Shown: positions 28,344-38,715, counted from the stretch's first letter. The stretch: DNA of 64,000 bases from Polyangiaceae bacterium (GCA_033763455.1 JANRKO010000006.1:64001-128000), one strand, 5' to 3'. A program made the numbers and translations. The notes: generated by a model from the letters alone, not told the origin.

Positions 28344-29297
28344 ATGACGAAAACACCGTTCCGCATGGGCAACGCCGCCCTGCTAAGCGTCGCAATTGTT
28401 CAGATCTTGCCAGGCTGCTCCGCGGCCAGCACCGATCCTGGGAAACCGCAAGACCCAATGGCTCTCGTCAGCGGCGACGGCTCGGGTGGTGCGGGCACGG
28501 GAGGTGGCTCGTCGATATTTCAAGTGGCACCGCCTGTGGGGACGAACACCAGCGCGATCAATCCTAATCTTGGGGTTGGTGAGCCAATGGGGTCTTGCAA
28601 CCCGAAGTTGATTGGAGTGGTTCGCGACTTCAACTCGGCCACTTCTCCCGTGAACCCGAATCCAGATTTCGAATCATTCGAAGGGATGGGTATTACCGCC
28701 GGTCTCGTGAAACCAGTTCTCGGCGCGGATGGTGCCCCCGTGTACCAAGATCCGCAGCCTCCGGGTAACGTTCAGCTCACGAGTGCGGCTAATTTTGCTC
28801 TTTGGTACAATAAGAACCACCCGGCCAAGGCCACTATCCAGCTGGATCTAGATAACCCCCTGCCTTCTGCCAGCATCAAGAAGAGCGTTGATCCAGCAAC
28901 CGGCGCCACCACATACGAATCGACCAGCTTTTTCCCAGTCGACGGCTTGGGCACACAGGCGGAAGATCTTCCGTACACGGACGATCTCGTTCCTCCGAAT
29001 GTGCACAACTACCACTTCACGTTTGAGCTCAATACGAAGTTCATTTACAAGCCGGGCCAGGTTTTCACATTCTTCGGCGACGACGACCTTTGGGTGTTTA
29101 TCGACAAGAAGCTTGCCGTAGACGTGGGCGGGCTGCACGGCCAGGCCTTGGGCTCGATCACTCTTGATACGCTCGGGCTGGTAGCTGGAAAAGAATATGA
29201 GCTCAGCGTGTTCCACGCAGAGCGGCACACGGATCAATCGAATTTCAAGGCAACCACGAACATTACCTTCTCCAACTGCGAGCCACTGATCCGCTGA
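28344..29297 (+). CDS. Fibro-slime domain lipoprotein, tandem paralog
   Basis: Start MTKTPF at 28344 gives 954 bp, the same length as the preceding gene, with long identical stretches. Lipobox LPGC. Confidence 0.9.
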   Translation: MTKTPFRMGNAALLSVAIVQILPGCSAASTDPGKPQDPMALVSGDGSGGAGTGGGSSIFQVAPPVGTNTSAINPNLGVGEPMGSCNPKLIGVVRDFNSATSPVNPNPDFESFEGMGITAGLVKPVLGADGAPVYQDPQPPGNVQLTSAANFALWYNKNHPAKATIQLDLDNPLPSASIKKSVDPATGATTYESTSFFPVDGLGTQAEDLPYTDDLVPPNVHNYHFTFELNTKFIYKPGQVFTFFGDDDLWVFIDKKLAVDVGGLHGQALGSITLDTLGLVAGKEYELSVFHAERHTDQSNFKATTNITFSNCEPLIR

Positions 29298-29368
29298 TGG
29301 GGTAGGTAACAATTGGGCCTCGCTGTAGCGCTGCCCCAGAACGCATAAGAAAAACTGAAAGGATAGCA

Positions 29369-30850
29369 ATGCCAGGCTGGAGCACCCCCCTCAATCTGCT
29401 GGAAGAAGAATTCATTCAACGACGAGACGAGGGCGTCGTGATCCCCGAGGCGCTGATCCAACGCGCGGCCGAGCTGCACCGGCAAGCGGATGCTTACAAT
29501 CTTGCGCTGATCGATCCGATCTACGACGCACTCATGGCTCTGCCGGATGATCCGGAGCTCCGAGCTCGCGAACCCAACGAGCTCGACGCGATCCGCGCTC
29601 TTCGCCCCGAGGGCCCGCGGGATCTTCACTGGCAGCCAACTGACGCGGAGTTGTTAGACCGCCTACATGGCGCTTGGACAGGGCGGGCCTCAGGCTGTGC
29701 TCTTGGCAAGCCAGTTGAGGGCATGGGCATACTTTCTAACGAAGGTGGCAGGCACGTTGGGCGCAAGCGCATTAAGGCATATTTGAGCAACCGCGGCGAG
29801 TGGCCGTTGAAGGACTACTTTTCAGGTCGGGATGTTGGTGACGGCCTGAAGATCCATTGCAGGATGTCGCAACGCGAATCCATTGCGTACATGGAGCCCG
29901 ACGACGACATTCACTACACATTGGTGGGCTTGGGGGTTGTTGAACAACATGGGCCGGAGTTTACCTGGCAAGATGTTGGGCACTACTGGCTCGATCGCGT
30001 ACCCCAGACCCAGATCTGTACGGCTGAGGCTCAAGCTGTTCTGAATCTTCAAAATCGCTCGCTTCGAGGACGCCATGGGCACGCGACAGCAGCCTTCACA
30101 CGCCGTTACCGCAACCCATACCGCGAATGGATAGGTGCTCAGATCCGCGCCGATGGCTGGGCCTACTGCTGCGCCGGTAAACCAGAGCTAGCGGCGGAGT
30201 TTGCCTGGCGTGATGCGCATTGGACCCACGAGCGCAACGGCGTTTACGGCGAAATGATGTTTGCCGCGATTCAGGCGGCAGCCTTCGTCGAAACGGATCC
30301 TTGGCGCTTGGTCGAAATTGGGCTTTCAGAAATCCCGCGGGATTGTCGCTTGGCATGCGCTGTGCGCCGTTGCTTGGAAGCAGCCAAGACCCACCAACAC
30401 TGGGAGGGTTGCATGGATGTCGTGGAGGCCGTCTGCAAGGAGCTGAGCCCTAGCCACATCGTAGCGGAGGCGTGGTGGGAGCCCGTGCCAGTACAGGGCG
30501 TGAAACGGGTGGAAGGGATGAACGGGATTCACACCATCAATAACGCGCTCATCTGCGTACTGGGGATTATTTTTGGACGCATGGATAGCGTGGAATCAAT
30601 TGCGATCGGAGTCATGTGTGGGCTCGATACGGACTGCAATGGTGCCACTATCGGGTCCATCGTAGGTGCGGCAGCAGGGCGTGCGCGATTCAAGAACGAT
30701 CTTGCGGGGCGCTTGAACGACACGATCAAGCCCAACATCGTTGGGTTCCAAGAAGTGAGCATGAAAGAGCTCGCGGCGCGCACAGCCATCCAGTGGAGGC
30801 GCGTTGAAGATTGGGCTCGATCTCGCAAAGATGTCCTCAGAGGAGCCTGA
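29369..30850 (+). CDS. ADP-ribosylglycohydrolase family protein
   Basis: GCALGKPVEG, EPDDDIHYT, EWIGAQIRAD, NGVYGE, GLDTDCNGATIGSI. Confidence 0.9.
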   Translation: MPGWSTPLNLLEEEFIQRRDEGVVIPEALIQRAAELHRQADAYNLALIDPIYDALMALPDDPELRAREPNELDAIRALRPEGPRDLHWQPTDAELLDRLHGAWTGRASGCALGKPVEGMGILSNEGGRHVGRKRIKAYLSNRGEWPLKDYFSGRDVGDGLKIHCRMSQRESIAYMEPDDDIHYTLVGLGVVEQHGPEFTWQDVGHYWLDRVPQTQICTAEAQAVLNLQNRSLRGRHGHATAAFTRRYRNPYREWIGAQIRADGWAYCCAGKPELAAEFAWRDAHWTHERNGVYGEMMFAAIQAAAFVETDPWRLVEIGLSEIPRDCRLACAVRRCLEAAKTHQHWEGCMDVVEAVCKELSPSHIVAEAWWEPVPVQGVKRVEGMNGIHTINNALICVLGIIFGRMDSVESIAIGVMCGLDTDCNGATIGSIVGAAAGRARFKNDLAGRLNDTIKPNIVGFQEVSMKELAARTAIQWRRVEDWARSRKDVLRGA

Positions 30851-31047
30851 GCTGTTGAATCCGTAGTACGGGGCCTCGCCGGATGCTCTGGACGGCTAAG
30901 TACCAGTGCTGCTGTCGCAAATGCGTAATGTGATGTCAGAGACTGACTGTTGATAGGGGGCTAGCCTCCAGTCACACTAAATACGCAATGAATGGCGGTC
31001 GCAGGGTTAGCGGCAGCCAGGTGCGTTGCTTTACCGAGAGGCTGAGA

Positions 31048-32841
31048 ATGACGAAGAATTGCAATCCTTTGCGCTCGCTCACTGGTTTTCGTGCGGGGGC
31101 TCTGATGTCCGTGCTGGTGGCCGCAACCGGCTGCTCCACCAGCGTTGACAGCCCGCGCGGGGGAGGCTCTCAGCGGCCTCCAGGTGAGGAGGCTTCAGGT
31201 TCGGGTGGGGCCAACGCCAATGGGTCAGGTGGGGCCCCGGGAGCTCAAGGGACGGGTGCGACCCCAGCCATGGGTGGTGGGGTGAATCCGCCGGGCACGG
31301 GGGGCACGGCACCTGTAATCCCGGTGACCCCCACCGAAGGCCCTGCGCGTGGCGTGCTGCGATTGCTAACCAATGAGGAATATCGGAACACCATTCGCAG
31401 TCTGCTGAATTTCCCGGCCGTCCCCTCCGATGATCTTCAGCCTGAGACGGTGTCCCAGAGCTATCGAAACTTCTCGGATGTGCTCATCGTGACGGGCACC
31501 TTGGGTGGCCAATATGCAAGTCTCGCCGCAAGGGTTGCGCGAGAAGTCACCGACTTTCAAACACTAGCGCCTTGTGCCGAGGGCGCGGCTCCGCGTGAGT
31601 GCGCAGGCGCTTTCGTTCGGAATTTTGGCAAGCTTGCCTACCGCCGCCCGGTTACCGACGCTGAAGTGGAAATACACTTGGGTTTGTTTGACGGAGAGCT
31701 CGCTCGCAGTTCTTATCAGGAAGGCATTCGCTTGGTTCTCGAAGCGATGCTTCAAGCGCCCAACCTCCTGTATCGTTTCGAGCTGGGGACCCCCTCTGGC
31801 AACACGCGTACGCTGAACTCGTACGAGAGTGCTTCCTTGCTCTCCTACATGCTCACCTCGAACCCGCCGGATCCAGAGCTTATGGCGGGCGCGGATGCCG
31901 ATGCTCTCGCTACACCCAGCGGACGCGAAACGCACGCGCGCCGGTTGCTTGCCACCGATCTAGCGAAGGGATCCATCCGGAGCTTCATGCGGCAATGGTC
32001 GCAGATCGACATATTAGGCCCGTTGCAGAAGAACGAGACCGTCTACCCGACCTACTCCGCTGAGCTTTGGGCCTCGATGTTGGCGGAAACCAATCAGTTC
32101 TTTGATTCGGTAATGTGGCAAGGCGATGGAACCTTCAAAACGTTGATGACGAGCGGCAATTCCTTCGCCGACGGCCCGCTTTCCACGCTCTACGGGAGCG
32201 ACAATCAGTCCGCTCCCGGGACGCTCATGCCGATCGCGCTGAATCCAGCACAACGCAGCGGCTTGCTCACGCAAGCATCTGTGCTCGCTTCGCACTCCAA
32301 GCTGGATGAATCGTTCCCCATCGCTCGCGGTAAGCTCGTGCGCACGCGCTTCCTCTGCCAGGACCTGCCACCCCCACCCCCAGCTATTGCGAACGAAGTG
32401 GTGCCCATCCCCGTTGACCCAACCAGGACGGGGCGTGAGACTTTCGAGGCACATTCCATGAATCCTGCGTGTGCCGGTTGCCACGCACTCATCGACCCGG
32501 TCGGCTTTGGACTCGAGAATTACGACGGTATTGGCCAGTGGCGCACGCTGGATAACAACAAGCCGATCAATCCCGCGGGGAACATGACGGCTACCCGGGA
32601 CATCGACGGTCCATTTACCGGCGTGGAGCTTGCGCAGAAGCTCTCTACCAGCTCCGAGGCGCAAGATTGCTTCTCGCTTCAAGCCATGCGTTGGGCGTTT
32701 GGTCGAGAAACCTTCAAGAGTACCACCGATCGCCAAACTGCAACCGCCATTACCACTCAAGTCGGGGCCGGCCTGAACATGCAAGAAGCCCTCGTGGCAC
32801 TCATCAAGAGTGATTCCTTCGTCGTTCGCAGCGCCCAGTGA
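31048..32841 (+). CDS. DUF1592/DUF1588-family heme-c lipoprotein (#3)
   Basis: Lipobox ATGC, LRLLTNEEYRNTI, PNLLYRFE, RSGLLTQ, PIARG, CAGCH, DPVGFGLENYDGIGQWR. Confidence 0.92.
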   Translation: MTKNCNPLRSLTGFRAGALMSVLVAATGCSTSVDSPRGGGSQRPPGEEASGSGGANANGSGGAPGAQGTGATPAMGGGVNPPGTGGTAPVIPVTPTEGPARGVLRLLTNEEYRNTIRSLLNFPAVPSDDLQPETVSQSYRNFSDVLIVTGTLGGQYASLAARVAREVTDFQTLAPCAEGAAPRECAGAFVRNFGKLAYRRPVTDAEVEIHLGLFDGELARSSYQEGIRLVLEAMLQAPNLLYRFELGTPSGNTRTLNSYESASLLSYMLTSNPPDPELMAGADADALATPSGRETHARRLLATDLAKGSIRSFMRQWSQIDILGPLQKNETVYPTYSAELWASMLAETNQFFDSVMWQGDGTFKTLMTSGNSFADGPLSTLYGSDNQSAPGTLMPIALNPAQRSGLLTQASVLASHSKLDESFPIARGKLVRTRFLCQDLPPPPPAIANEVVPIPVDPTRTGRETFEAHSMNPACAGCHALIDPVGFGLENYDGIGQWRTLDNNKPINPAGNMTATRDIDGPFTGVELAQKLSTSSEAQDCFSLQAMRWAFGRETFKSTTDRQTATAITTQVGAGLNMQEALVALIKSDSFVVRSAQ

Positions 32842-32877
32842 GCAGTCTCATCTTCAGTCTTCGAAAGGGAATCTAAA

Positions 32878-34296
32878 ATGCAAAAGAGCCTGATCCAACG
32901 TCGTAGTTTGATAAAGCAGCTCGGTGCGGCTGCGTTCCTGGCGACTCCCGTTTTTCGCTCAGTGTTTGCCGAGGCTCAGGTAGCAAGCCCCAAGCGCCTC
33001 ATCTTGATGGGGATCTTCGGTGGACTGCCAACCAAGATGGATGAGCCGGATTATGACTGGGCGGGGGCGATGTCGGGTCTCAAGGATTTCCAGGCGGAAA
33101 CGATCACTTTTCGCGGGATCAAGAACGAAGCCTGGGCAAAAATGAGTGCCGCTACAGGTACTGACTGCCACGGTGGCGGCACCTGCACCATGTTCAGCGG
33201 ACAATCAGTGCCCGGTCAGAATCATTCTCTTGACCACGTGGTGGCGGACCAAATCGGCGGCGGCAATCGCTTCTCCTCGCTTCAGATCGGCGTTGTTACT
33301 GATGGCGGAGGTGGCATGGATGGCCTCTTTCAGCCCAGTATCAACAATCACCGCACGAGCTGGAGAAATGGCCAGCCCCAGAAGCCTGACCAAGATCCGC
33401 CTGCGCTCTTCAATCGCCTATTCGGCTCGGCTGTTCCCGCGCCTGCTCCCACAGGCACGGCTCCCGATGTCGCCGCTCAGATGGCGGCTCAGAATCGCTA
33501 CGCACGTGGCAAGAGCTTGCTCGACTTTCTCATGGGTCAGGTAACGTCTGTACAAGCTATTGCGGGCGCTGGCGAAAAAGCCAAGCTCGATTCTCACTTA
33601 ACGGCGTTGCGCGAGCTCGAAAAGGGCCTGGTGGATCCTTCCACCATGATGGGGGGAGGATCCGGCGGCGGCGTAGCCGTCACGCCCGGCGCAGGCTGCA
33701 TGCCTCCGGCGATTTCGGGAGTTCCCGGTGTGCTCAATACTGGGCTTGCCGATATTCAGAAGGTCGGCGCCGATCTCACCGCACTAGCCTATCAGGCGCT
33801 CAATTGCGATCTCACGCGAGTCATCTCTTTCATGTGGTTCAGCTCGGGCGATCAGGTTCACCGCTACAACTGGCTCAACGTGGGCGATTCCCATCATGGC
33901 CTGGAGCACAGTTCCAAGGACGAGGGCCCCAACTCCAAGGCAGCTGCAGATTTCTTGGTGCTCCAACGCTGGACCCTCGGCGAGATCGGAAAACTCGCAG
34001 GTATGCTGAAGCAGACTCCTGAGGGTGGCGGAAACATGCTAGATAACTCGGCGCTGCTCATCGGCTCAGACATGGGGCAGGGCGATCACGGTGAACCCGG
34101 CATTCCCATGCCGTATGTGCTGATCGGCAAAGCTGGCGGCTCCATCAAATCAGGTCGTTCGATCACGCACAGTGATCCTGAGCTACCAACATTGTCCCAT
34201 AACGACTTGCTAGTGGCGGTTGGGCAGGCTGTCGGAGCTAACCTTACCTCCATGGGTGATGCGGACTTGAACTCCAGCCCTGTTAGCTTGGGGTGA
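32878..34296 (+). CDS. DUF1552-family Tat-exported protein (#3)
   Basis: QRRSLI Tat-like motif, KSLLD, KLDSHLTALRELE, LNCDLTRV, HHGLEH, MLDNS, HNDLLV. Confidence 0.9.
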   Translation: MQKSLIQRRSLIKQLGAAAFLATPVFRSVFAEAQVASPKRLILMGIFGGLPTKMDEPDYDWAGAMSGLKDFQAETITFRGIKNEAWAKMSAATGTDCHGGGTCTMFSGQSVPGQNHSLDHVVADQIGGGNRFSSLQIGVVTDGGGGMDGLFQPSINNHRTSWRNGQPQKPDQDPPALFNRLFGSAVPAPAPTGTAPDVAAQMAAQNRYARGKSLLDFLMGQVTSVQAIAGAGEKAKLDSHLTALRELEKGLVDPSTMMGGGSGGGVAVTPGAGCMPPAISGVPGVLNTGLADIQKVGADLTALAYQALNCDLTRVISFMWFSSGDQVHRYNWLNVGDSHHGLEHSSKDEGPNSKAAADFLVLQRWTLGEIGKLAGMLKQTPEGGGNMLDNSALLIGSDMGQGDHGEPGIPMPYVLIGKAGGSIKSGRSITHSDPELPTLSHNDLLVAVGQAVGANLTSMGDADLNSSPVSLG

Positions 34297-34460
34297 TCAG
34301 TTGCGGTAGGGGGCCTTTGGCCGGCCTCTATGGTTAGGGCGTCCGTGCCCAATCAGTATGCTTGCGCTTGCCAGTGCGGCTTTCCACAAACACTTTAGCT
34401 AGGGTTCGGGTGGCCAAGTACTCATTGCCCCCTGGCTCAGGTCAGTGTATGGTATGTGGT

Positions 34461-34727
34461 ATGGCGTCTGTAAAGGTAACCATCACTCTGGGCGATGCCG
34501 AGCTTCTGCAAATCAAGAAGTTAGCAACGCAAGGGAAAACGCCCAACGTATCAGCCTTCATCCAACATGCTGTTCAAGTTGCTCTGGCGGACGTGGCAGG
34601 CTGGGGGGCCATGCTGGCGCAGGCGCTTCAGCAAACCGGAGGCCCACTTTCAAACTCGGAACGCGCCTGGGCCGACTCGATCTTGAAGCCGACGCCTAGG
34701 GGGCGAGGTCGCAAGCGCGCTGCATGA
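34461..34727 (+). CDS. Ribbon-helix-helix antitoxin (VapB-like)
   Basis: MASVKVTITL...NVSAFIQHAV...GGPL...E.AWAD; ATGA overlap with the PIN gene. Confidence 0.8.
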   Translation: MASVKVTITLGDAELLQIKKLATQGKTPNVSAFIQHAVQVALADVAGWGAMLAQALQQTGGPLSNSERAWADSILKPTPRGRGRKRAA

Positions 34728-35101
34728 GCGGAGCCACGCTCGACACTGGCGCTCTCATCGCGCTCGATCGAAATGACCGGCGCGTGGTCGCGCTTCTGGC
34801 GCGTGCCGCGGAGCTCGGTGCTACCATCACGGTTCCCGCCACGGCCCTCGCCCAGGCGATTCGTCGTCCTGCCCAACAGGCTCGCCTTGCCCGGCTCATT
34901 CGCCAACCGACCACCCAGGTGGCTCAGTTGGATGGCATAGATGCAACACAAGTGGGCATTCTGCTTGCCAGAAGCGGAACCAAAGACATTGTTGATGCGC
35001 ACGTCGTGATTTGTGCGCGGCGAAACGCTCAGTCAATCGTGACAAGCGACGCCCAAGATCTGAGGCGCCTCGATCCAGACGCGCATTTGATCGCCGTCTA
35101 G
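34724..35101 (+). CDS. PIN-domain (VapC-like) toxin
   Basis: TLDTGALIALDR...DIVDAHVV...IVTSD..DL; 125 aa. Confidence 0.88.
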   Translation: MSGATLDTGALIALDRNDRRVVALLARAAELGATITVPATALAQAIRRPAQQARLARLIRQPTTQVAQLDGIDATQVGILLARSGTKDIVDAHVVICARRNAQSIVTSDAQDLRRLDPDAHLIAV

Positions 35102-35122
35102 GCGGGCGAAGGACGACGGGAG

Positions 35123-38100
35123 TTACTTCGCTGTGATGCTGACAGCCTCGATGCTGGCTTTGGCCGAGCTTCCGGGTTCTGCAGCCGTGGGCACTAAGCA
35201 AAGCTCGTGTCCGCTTGCAAGCTCGACCTCAACGTCAAACGCAACCTTGGCGCCGTCGGAGGGCAGGTCCACCACTTTGAGCGTTACCGCGCGCTGCGTG
35301 TCCTTGTTGAGCAACACCAGTTGGTGGGAGGCCGCTTTGCCCTGAAGGCTTTGGGCCGAGGCGAGGCCGCGTATGCGATAAATGCCCGCGCGCTGAGCCA
35401 TAAATACCAATGCCACGGTCTGCTGGCTCTTTTTGTCCGCTTTGCCCACTTCTGGGCCAAAGATAGTGGCTTGGAAGATCCCCTGCTTAACCTCAGCCGA
35501 GGCTTGCCCTCTGGGCGCTACTCCTTGCGGCGACCAGTTGGTGCCGTTCCAGGCTAGCGGTGTGTAGCTCTCGGCCATCATCAGATCGAATGGCGCGAGC
35601 CGATCCAGGCGGAAAACCGGATGGTTGTCGACCAGGTAAGGATTGCCGAGAGTGTTCTGGGGAGAAGGCTTCCACGTCTCGGGAAGGCTCCAGCTGTTGG
35701 GTCCTGAGTCTTCAAAGACGACCTCAAGCTCCCGAAGCTGTACATCTCCGCCTGTAAGCTCTCCAGAAATTCGCGGCAGTACCACGAGTTCCTCACCGGC
35801 CGCGAGCTCGGTGGTGAACTCGGGGAAGGCTTGGTTCTTCCCAAAAGCAAGCGGCATCCGTTGGAGCTCTTGAATGCCTTCCTTCGACTTGCGAAGGAAC
35901 GTAAGGGCCACGGGGTTGCTGCCATCCCAGAGGTTTAACCGGGCATTCCCCTGCAACCGGTAGCGCCCCGCCTTAGGGGCGATGAAGACAAGCGCGCACA
36001 GCTTCTCTTTCGGAGAATCATCATTCGGTGCGCGAAATTCAAGCCTCACGCCTCCTTCTTTCATCTCAGCTTTGGGCTGATCGCCGAAGGTGTGCTGTTT
36101 GGCTTTCCACCAGCCGTTGTCCCAGGTGAGCGGGCGGTAGCTCTGGGCTTTTTCAACATCCGGATAAACCTGATCCAGACGCCAAATAGGCTTGTTCAGG
36201 TGCATCTGTGGATTGCCATCGGCGACGCCATCTTTTTTGCCTGCCCACACCGGAGGGAAGTGGATGCGGCCACTCCCAAGATCCACCAGCGATACAAGAG
36301 AGCGGTCTTGCGGCTTCAAGGCGGCCAGGAAGTCCTTACCGGGTAACTTGGTGCTCGAATAGATGTAAACGGGGCGCCCCGTCTTTGACAGGGTGATGCT
36401 GCGGCCCGAAACGGGCTCCTTGTTGCCCATCGGATCTTCTGCAATCAAATCTGAAAACGGAAGCTCTACCTTAATATCAGAGCGTGCTTCACGATCGGCA
36501 TAAGCCACGATGACTCCGCGCCGGTTCCGAAGGTCCTGAAAGATGCGCAGGTTGGCACCTGGTGGCCGTACACTTCCGACGCGCTCCGAGAGGCCCAAGT
36601 GGTGATTCAGGACGTTCCACGCGCCAGCGAGAGGGAGAGGAAAGCCGTACCAGTCCCAGAGCGAAGTGCCGGGACCATAATAATCCCAGAAGCTCATCCC
36701 GTGCTCCTCGTAATTGATCAAGAACAGGATGGTCTTATCTTGACCAGTAGCCGTGAGCTCGACGACAGAAGCCATCGCGGCATTGGTGCTTTGAGCGGAG
36801 GTGAGGCGCGTTGCTGCTGGAGGCTCATCTACGGCCGTATTCGTGAACGTCCAGCCCTCGTTGAACCAAATCTCGACGTGTTTGCCGCCGAGTTGGTCGA
36901 GCGCCGTGCGCATGCGCCCTATGATCAGTTCGTCAGCCAACCAACCCTCGTGGTATTCATGCCACGACATAATATCGATGTATTTAGCGCCACCGGCTTC
37001 CAGAAAGCGGCGATTGAGCCCACTCGGAATCGTGTAGAGATTGTTCACCATCACCTTTGCTTTGGGATCGACCTGCTTGATCAGGCGTGCGGTGCGGATG
37101 GTGAACTTGGCGTATTCATCCTCTAATTTGTCCCAGTGGTCGAGCTCAGGTTCGTTTTCAATCTCATAGACCACTGAGCGCCCGCGATACGTTTGCACCA
37201 CCTTCTTGATGTAGCGGTCCCACGCTGTCTCAAGCTTCAGGTTTCCCCAGCGCGGATCATTGCCTTTCCAACGCATATCTTTGGGCAGCGGATGTTTGTC
37301 ATCCATGATCCACTTGGGCCAACCGTAGAGCACTACGTGAGTCGACATGCCGGTTGCTTCGAGATCTCGGATCTCTTTTTCGTACGAACGAAACCCGTTC
37401 GTATTGTCAGGCTGTGTGTCCTGCCACTTGCTCGGGGGGTACCAACGACTCCAACCGAACCCCAACTTGGCGCCGAGCTTGGCTCCTTTGGGACCAAGGA
37501 ATGAGGCGCCGAAACGCTCACGCGGATCCGGCTTGCGATCCTTTTGCGGGTAAGGCAGCGAAGTGACGGGAACATCTGACTGATCGATCAACTTTCCGTT
37601 CAGCCAGGCGCTCACGCGGCTAAGCACCGTCCCCGAAGCACCTAGCTTCATGGGCACGGTTTCACTCAGAGTCTGGCCAGGAGCTAACGTGAGCTTGCGT
37701 TCGACCATTGTACTTCTGGGCAGCGTGCCCTCATAGTCAATAAGCTGAAAGCGCACGTTCGCAATTGCGGGTTGGGCGGTGGCGTTGGAAACGTGAGCGG
37801 TCAGCTTGAGTGTCTGACCCGGTTCAAAAAAGCTGCCGTTTGTCTTGAAGCTGGGCATATCGCGCACTTCGCTCAACACTTCTAAGCGGCGGCGAGGCAT
37901 GTAGCCTTTCGTTGTGGCGGTCCCCTCGGTAATCGTAATCGCGTCCACTTCGACCGGCACCGTTCCCTCCAAGAACAGCGCGTACATGGGTGCCACCCAG
38001 AACCCGTCGGTTGGCAAATCCGCTTTTGCTACGAAAGAAAAGCGTTTCCAGGTCTTGTCCACCTTCGCAACCTGAGTACCGGCTGCATCCCAGATCCTTT

Positions 38101-38530
38101 TGGTAGCCTGCGCTTTTTCGCGAGCTGTAGGCGGTACCTGAACATGGAGTTCGCCTGGCGTATCGGCTCGGGCACTCAAAGTGATCGTGTAAGTGCGACC
38201 CATTTGCCAGAGCATGGGAGAGCTCAGCACCCAGCCCTTCTCACTTCGAAATACGTACTTGCCCGAAGGGGCATCCTTGCGCTCGACCACTGATTGCGCG
38301 GGGCCGGCACCGTGCCAATAGAGCAAGCTGCCTTCAAATGAGCCATTTCGCAGTAGATTTTGCGGCGTGGAAGCGTTTACCACTTTTGCGCTTGGGGAAG
38401 GCTTTGCAGCTGTGTATCCCCACGCCGTCGCAAGTATCCCGGTGGTGATTCCTACCTGCCGGACAGCACGAACCAGGGATGTGGATTTTAAAGAGCGCGC
38501 TAGACATGCAAAGGAGCTCATCTTTGGCAA
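35123..38530 (-). CDS. Large secreted multidomain clan GH-A glycoside hydrolase (GH39/GH5-like) with an N-terminal CBM4/9-like domain and two repeated C-terminal domains
   Basis: NLLRNGSFE (CBM4_9-like start), YEIENEPE (acid/base), DIMSWHEY, IWFNEGW (nucleophile), hydrophobic N-terminal signal. Exact start (38530 TTG or 38521 ATG) uncertain. Confidence 0.75.
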   Translation of the reverse strand: MPKMSSFACLARSLKSTSLVRAVRQVGITTGILATAWGYTAAKPSPSAKVVNASTPQNLLRNGSFEGSLLYWHGAGPAQSVVERKDAPSGKYVFRSEKGWVLSSPMLWQMGRTYTITLSARADTPGELHVQVPPTAREKAQATKRIWDAAGTQVAKVDKTWKRFSFVAKADLPTDGFWVAPMYALFLEGTVPVEVDAITITEGTATTKGYMPRRRLEVLSEVRDMPSFKTNGSFFEPGQTLKLTAHVSNATAQPAIANVRFQLIDYEGTLPRSTMVERKLTLAPGQTLSETVPMKLGASGTVLSRVSAWLNGKLIDQSDVPVTSLPYPQKDRKPDPRERFGASFLGPKGAKLGAKLGFGWSRWYPPSKWQDTQPDNTNGFRSYEKEIRDLEATGMSTHVVLYGWPKWIMDDKHPLPKDMRWKGNDPRWGNLKLETAWDRYIKKVVQTYRGRSVVYEIENEPELDHWDKLEDEYAKFTIRTARLIKQVDPKAKVMVNNLYTIPSGLNRRFLEAGGAKYIDIMSWHEYHEGWLADELIIGRMRTALDQLGGKHVEIWFNEGWTFTNTAVDEPPAATRLTSAQSTNAAMASVVELTATGQDKTILFLINYEEHGMSFWDYYGPGTSLWDWYGFPLPLAGAWNVLNHHLGLSERVGSVRPPGANLRIFQDLRNRRGVIVAYADREARSDIKVELPFSDLIAEDPMGNKEPVSGRSITLSKTGRPVYIYSSTKLPGKDFLAALKPQDRSLVSLVDLGSGRIHFPPVWAGKKDGVADGNPQMHLNKPIWRLDQVYPDVEKAQSYRPLTWDNGWWKAKQHTFGDQPKAEMKEGGVRLEFRAPNDDSPKEKLCALVFIAPKAGRYRLQGNARLNLWDGSNPVALTFLRKSKEGIQELQRMPLAFGKNQAFPEFTTELAAGEELVVLPRISGELTGGDVQLRELEVVFEDSGPNSWSLPETWKPSPQNTLGNPYLVDNHPVFRLDRLAPFDLMMAESYTPLAWNGTNWSPQGVAPRGQASAEVKQGIFQATIFGPEVGKADKKSQQTVALVFMAQRAGIYRIRGLASAQSLQGKAASHQLVLLNKDTQRAVTLKVVDLPSDGAKVAFDVEVELASGHELCLVPTAAEPGSSAKASIEAVSITAK

Positions 38531-38599
38531 GTGCCACAGCTTTATACCCAGTGTCTAGGGTGAAGAAGGTGCTTGGTCGGGCCTCGCGCAGCGCACTCC

Positions 38600-38715
38600 G
38601 GTCTCGCTACCACCAGGCGTATTCGATGTTCGCTGACGCGTTTTACGGCCTGACTGATACGAAGTTCGGGGACTCCATGCTCTGCGGCGGCGGGATCAGC
38701 GAGATCCGTGCATAG
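38600..38715 (+). pseudogene. Possible orphan C-terminal remnant of a DUF1552 gene
   Basis: ...AFYGLTDTKFGDSMLCGGGISEIRA* resembles the tails of the intact copies (AMG...YGEPAFAPGILQEILA*, AFGVPATSFGSSEFGTGPLPGILV*). Confidence 0.4.
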
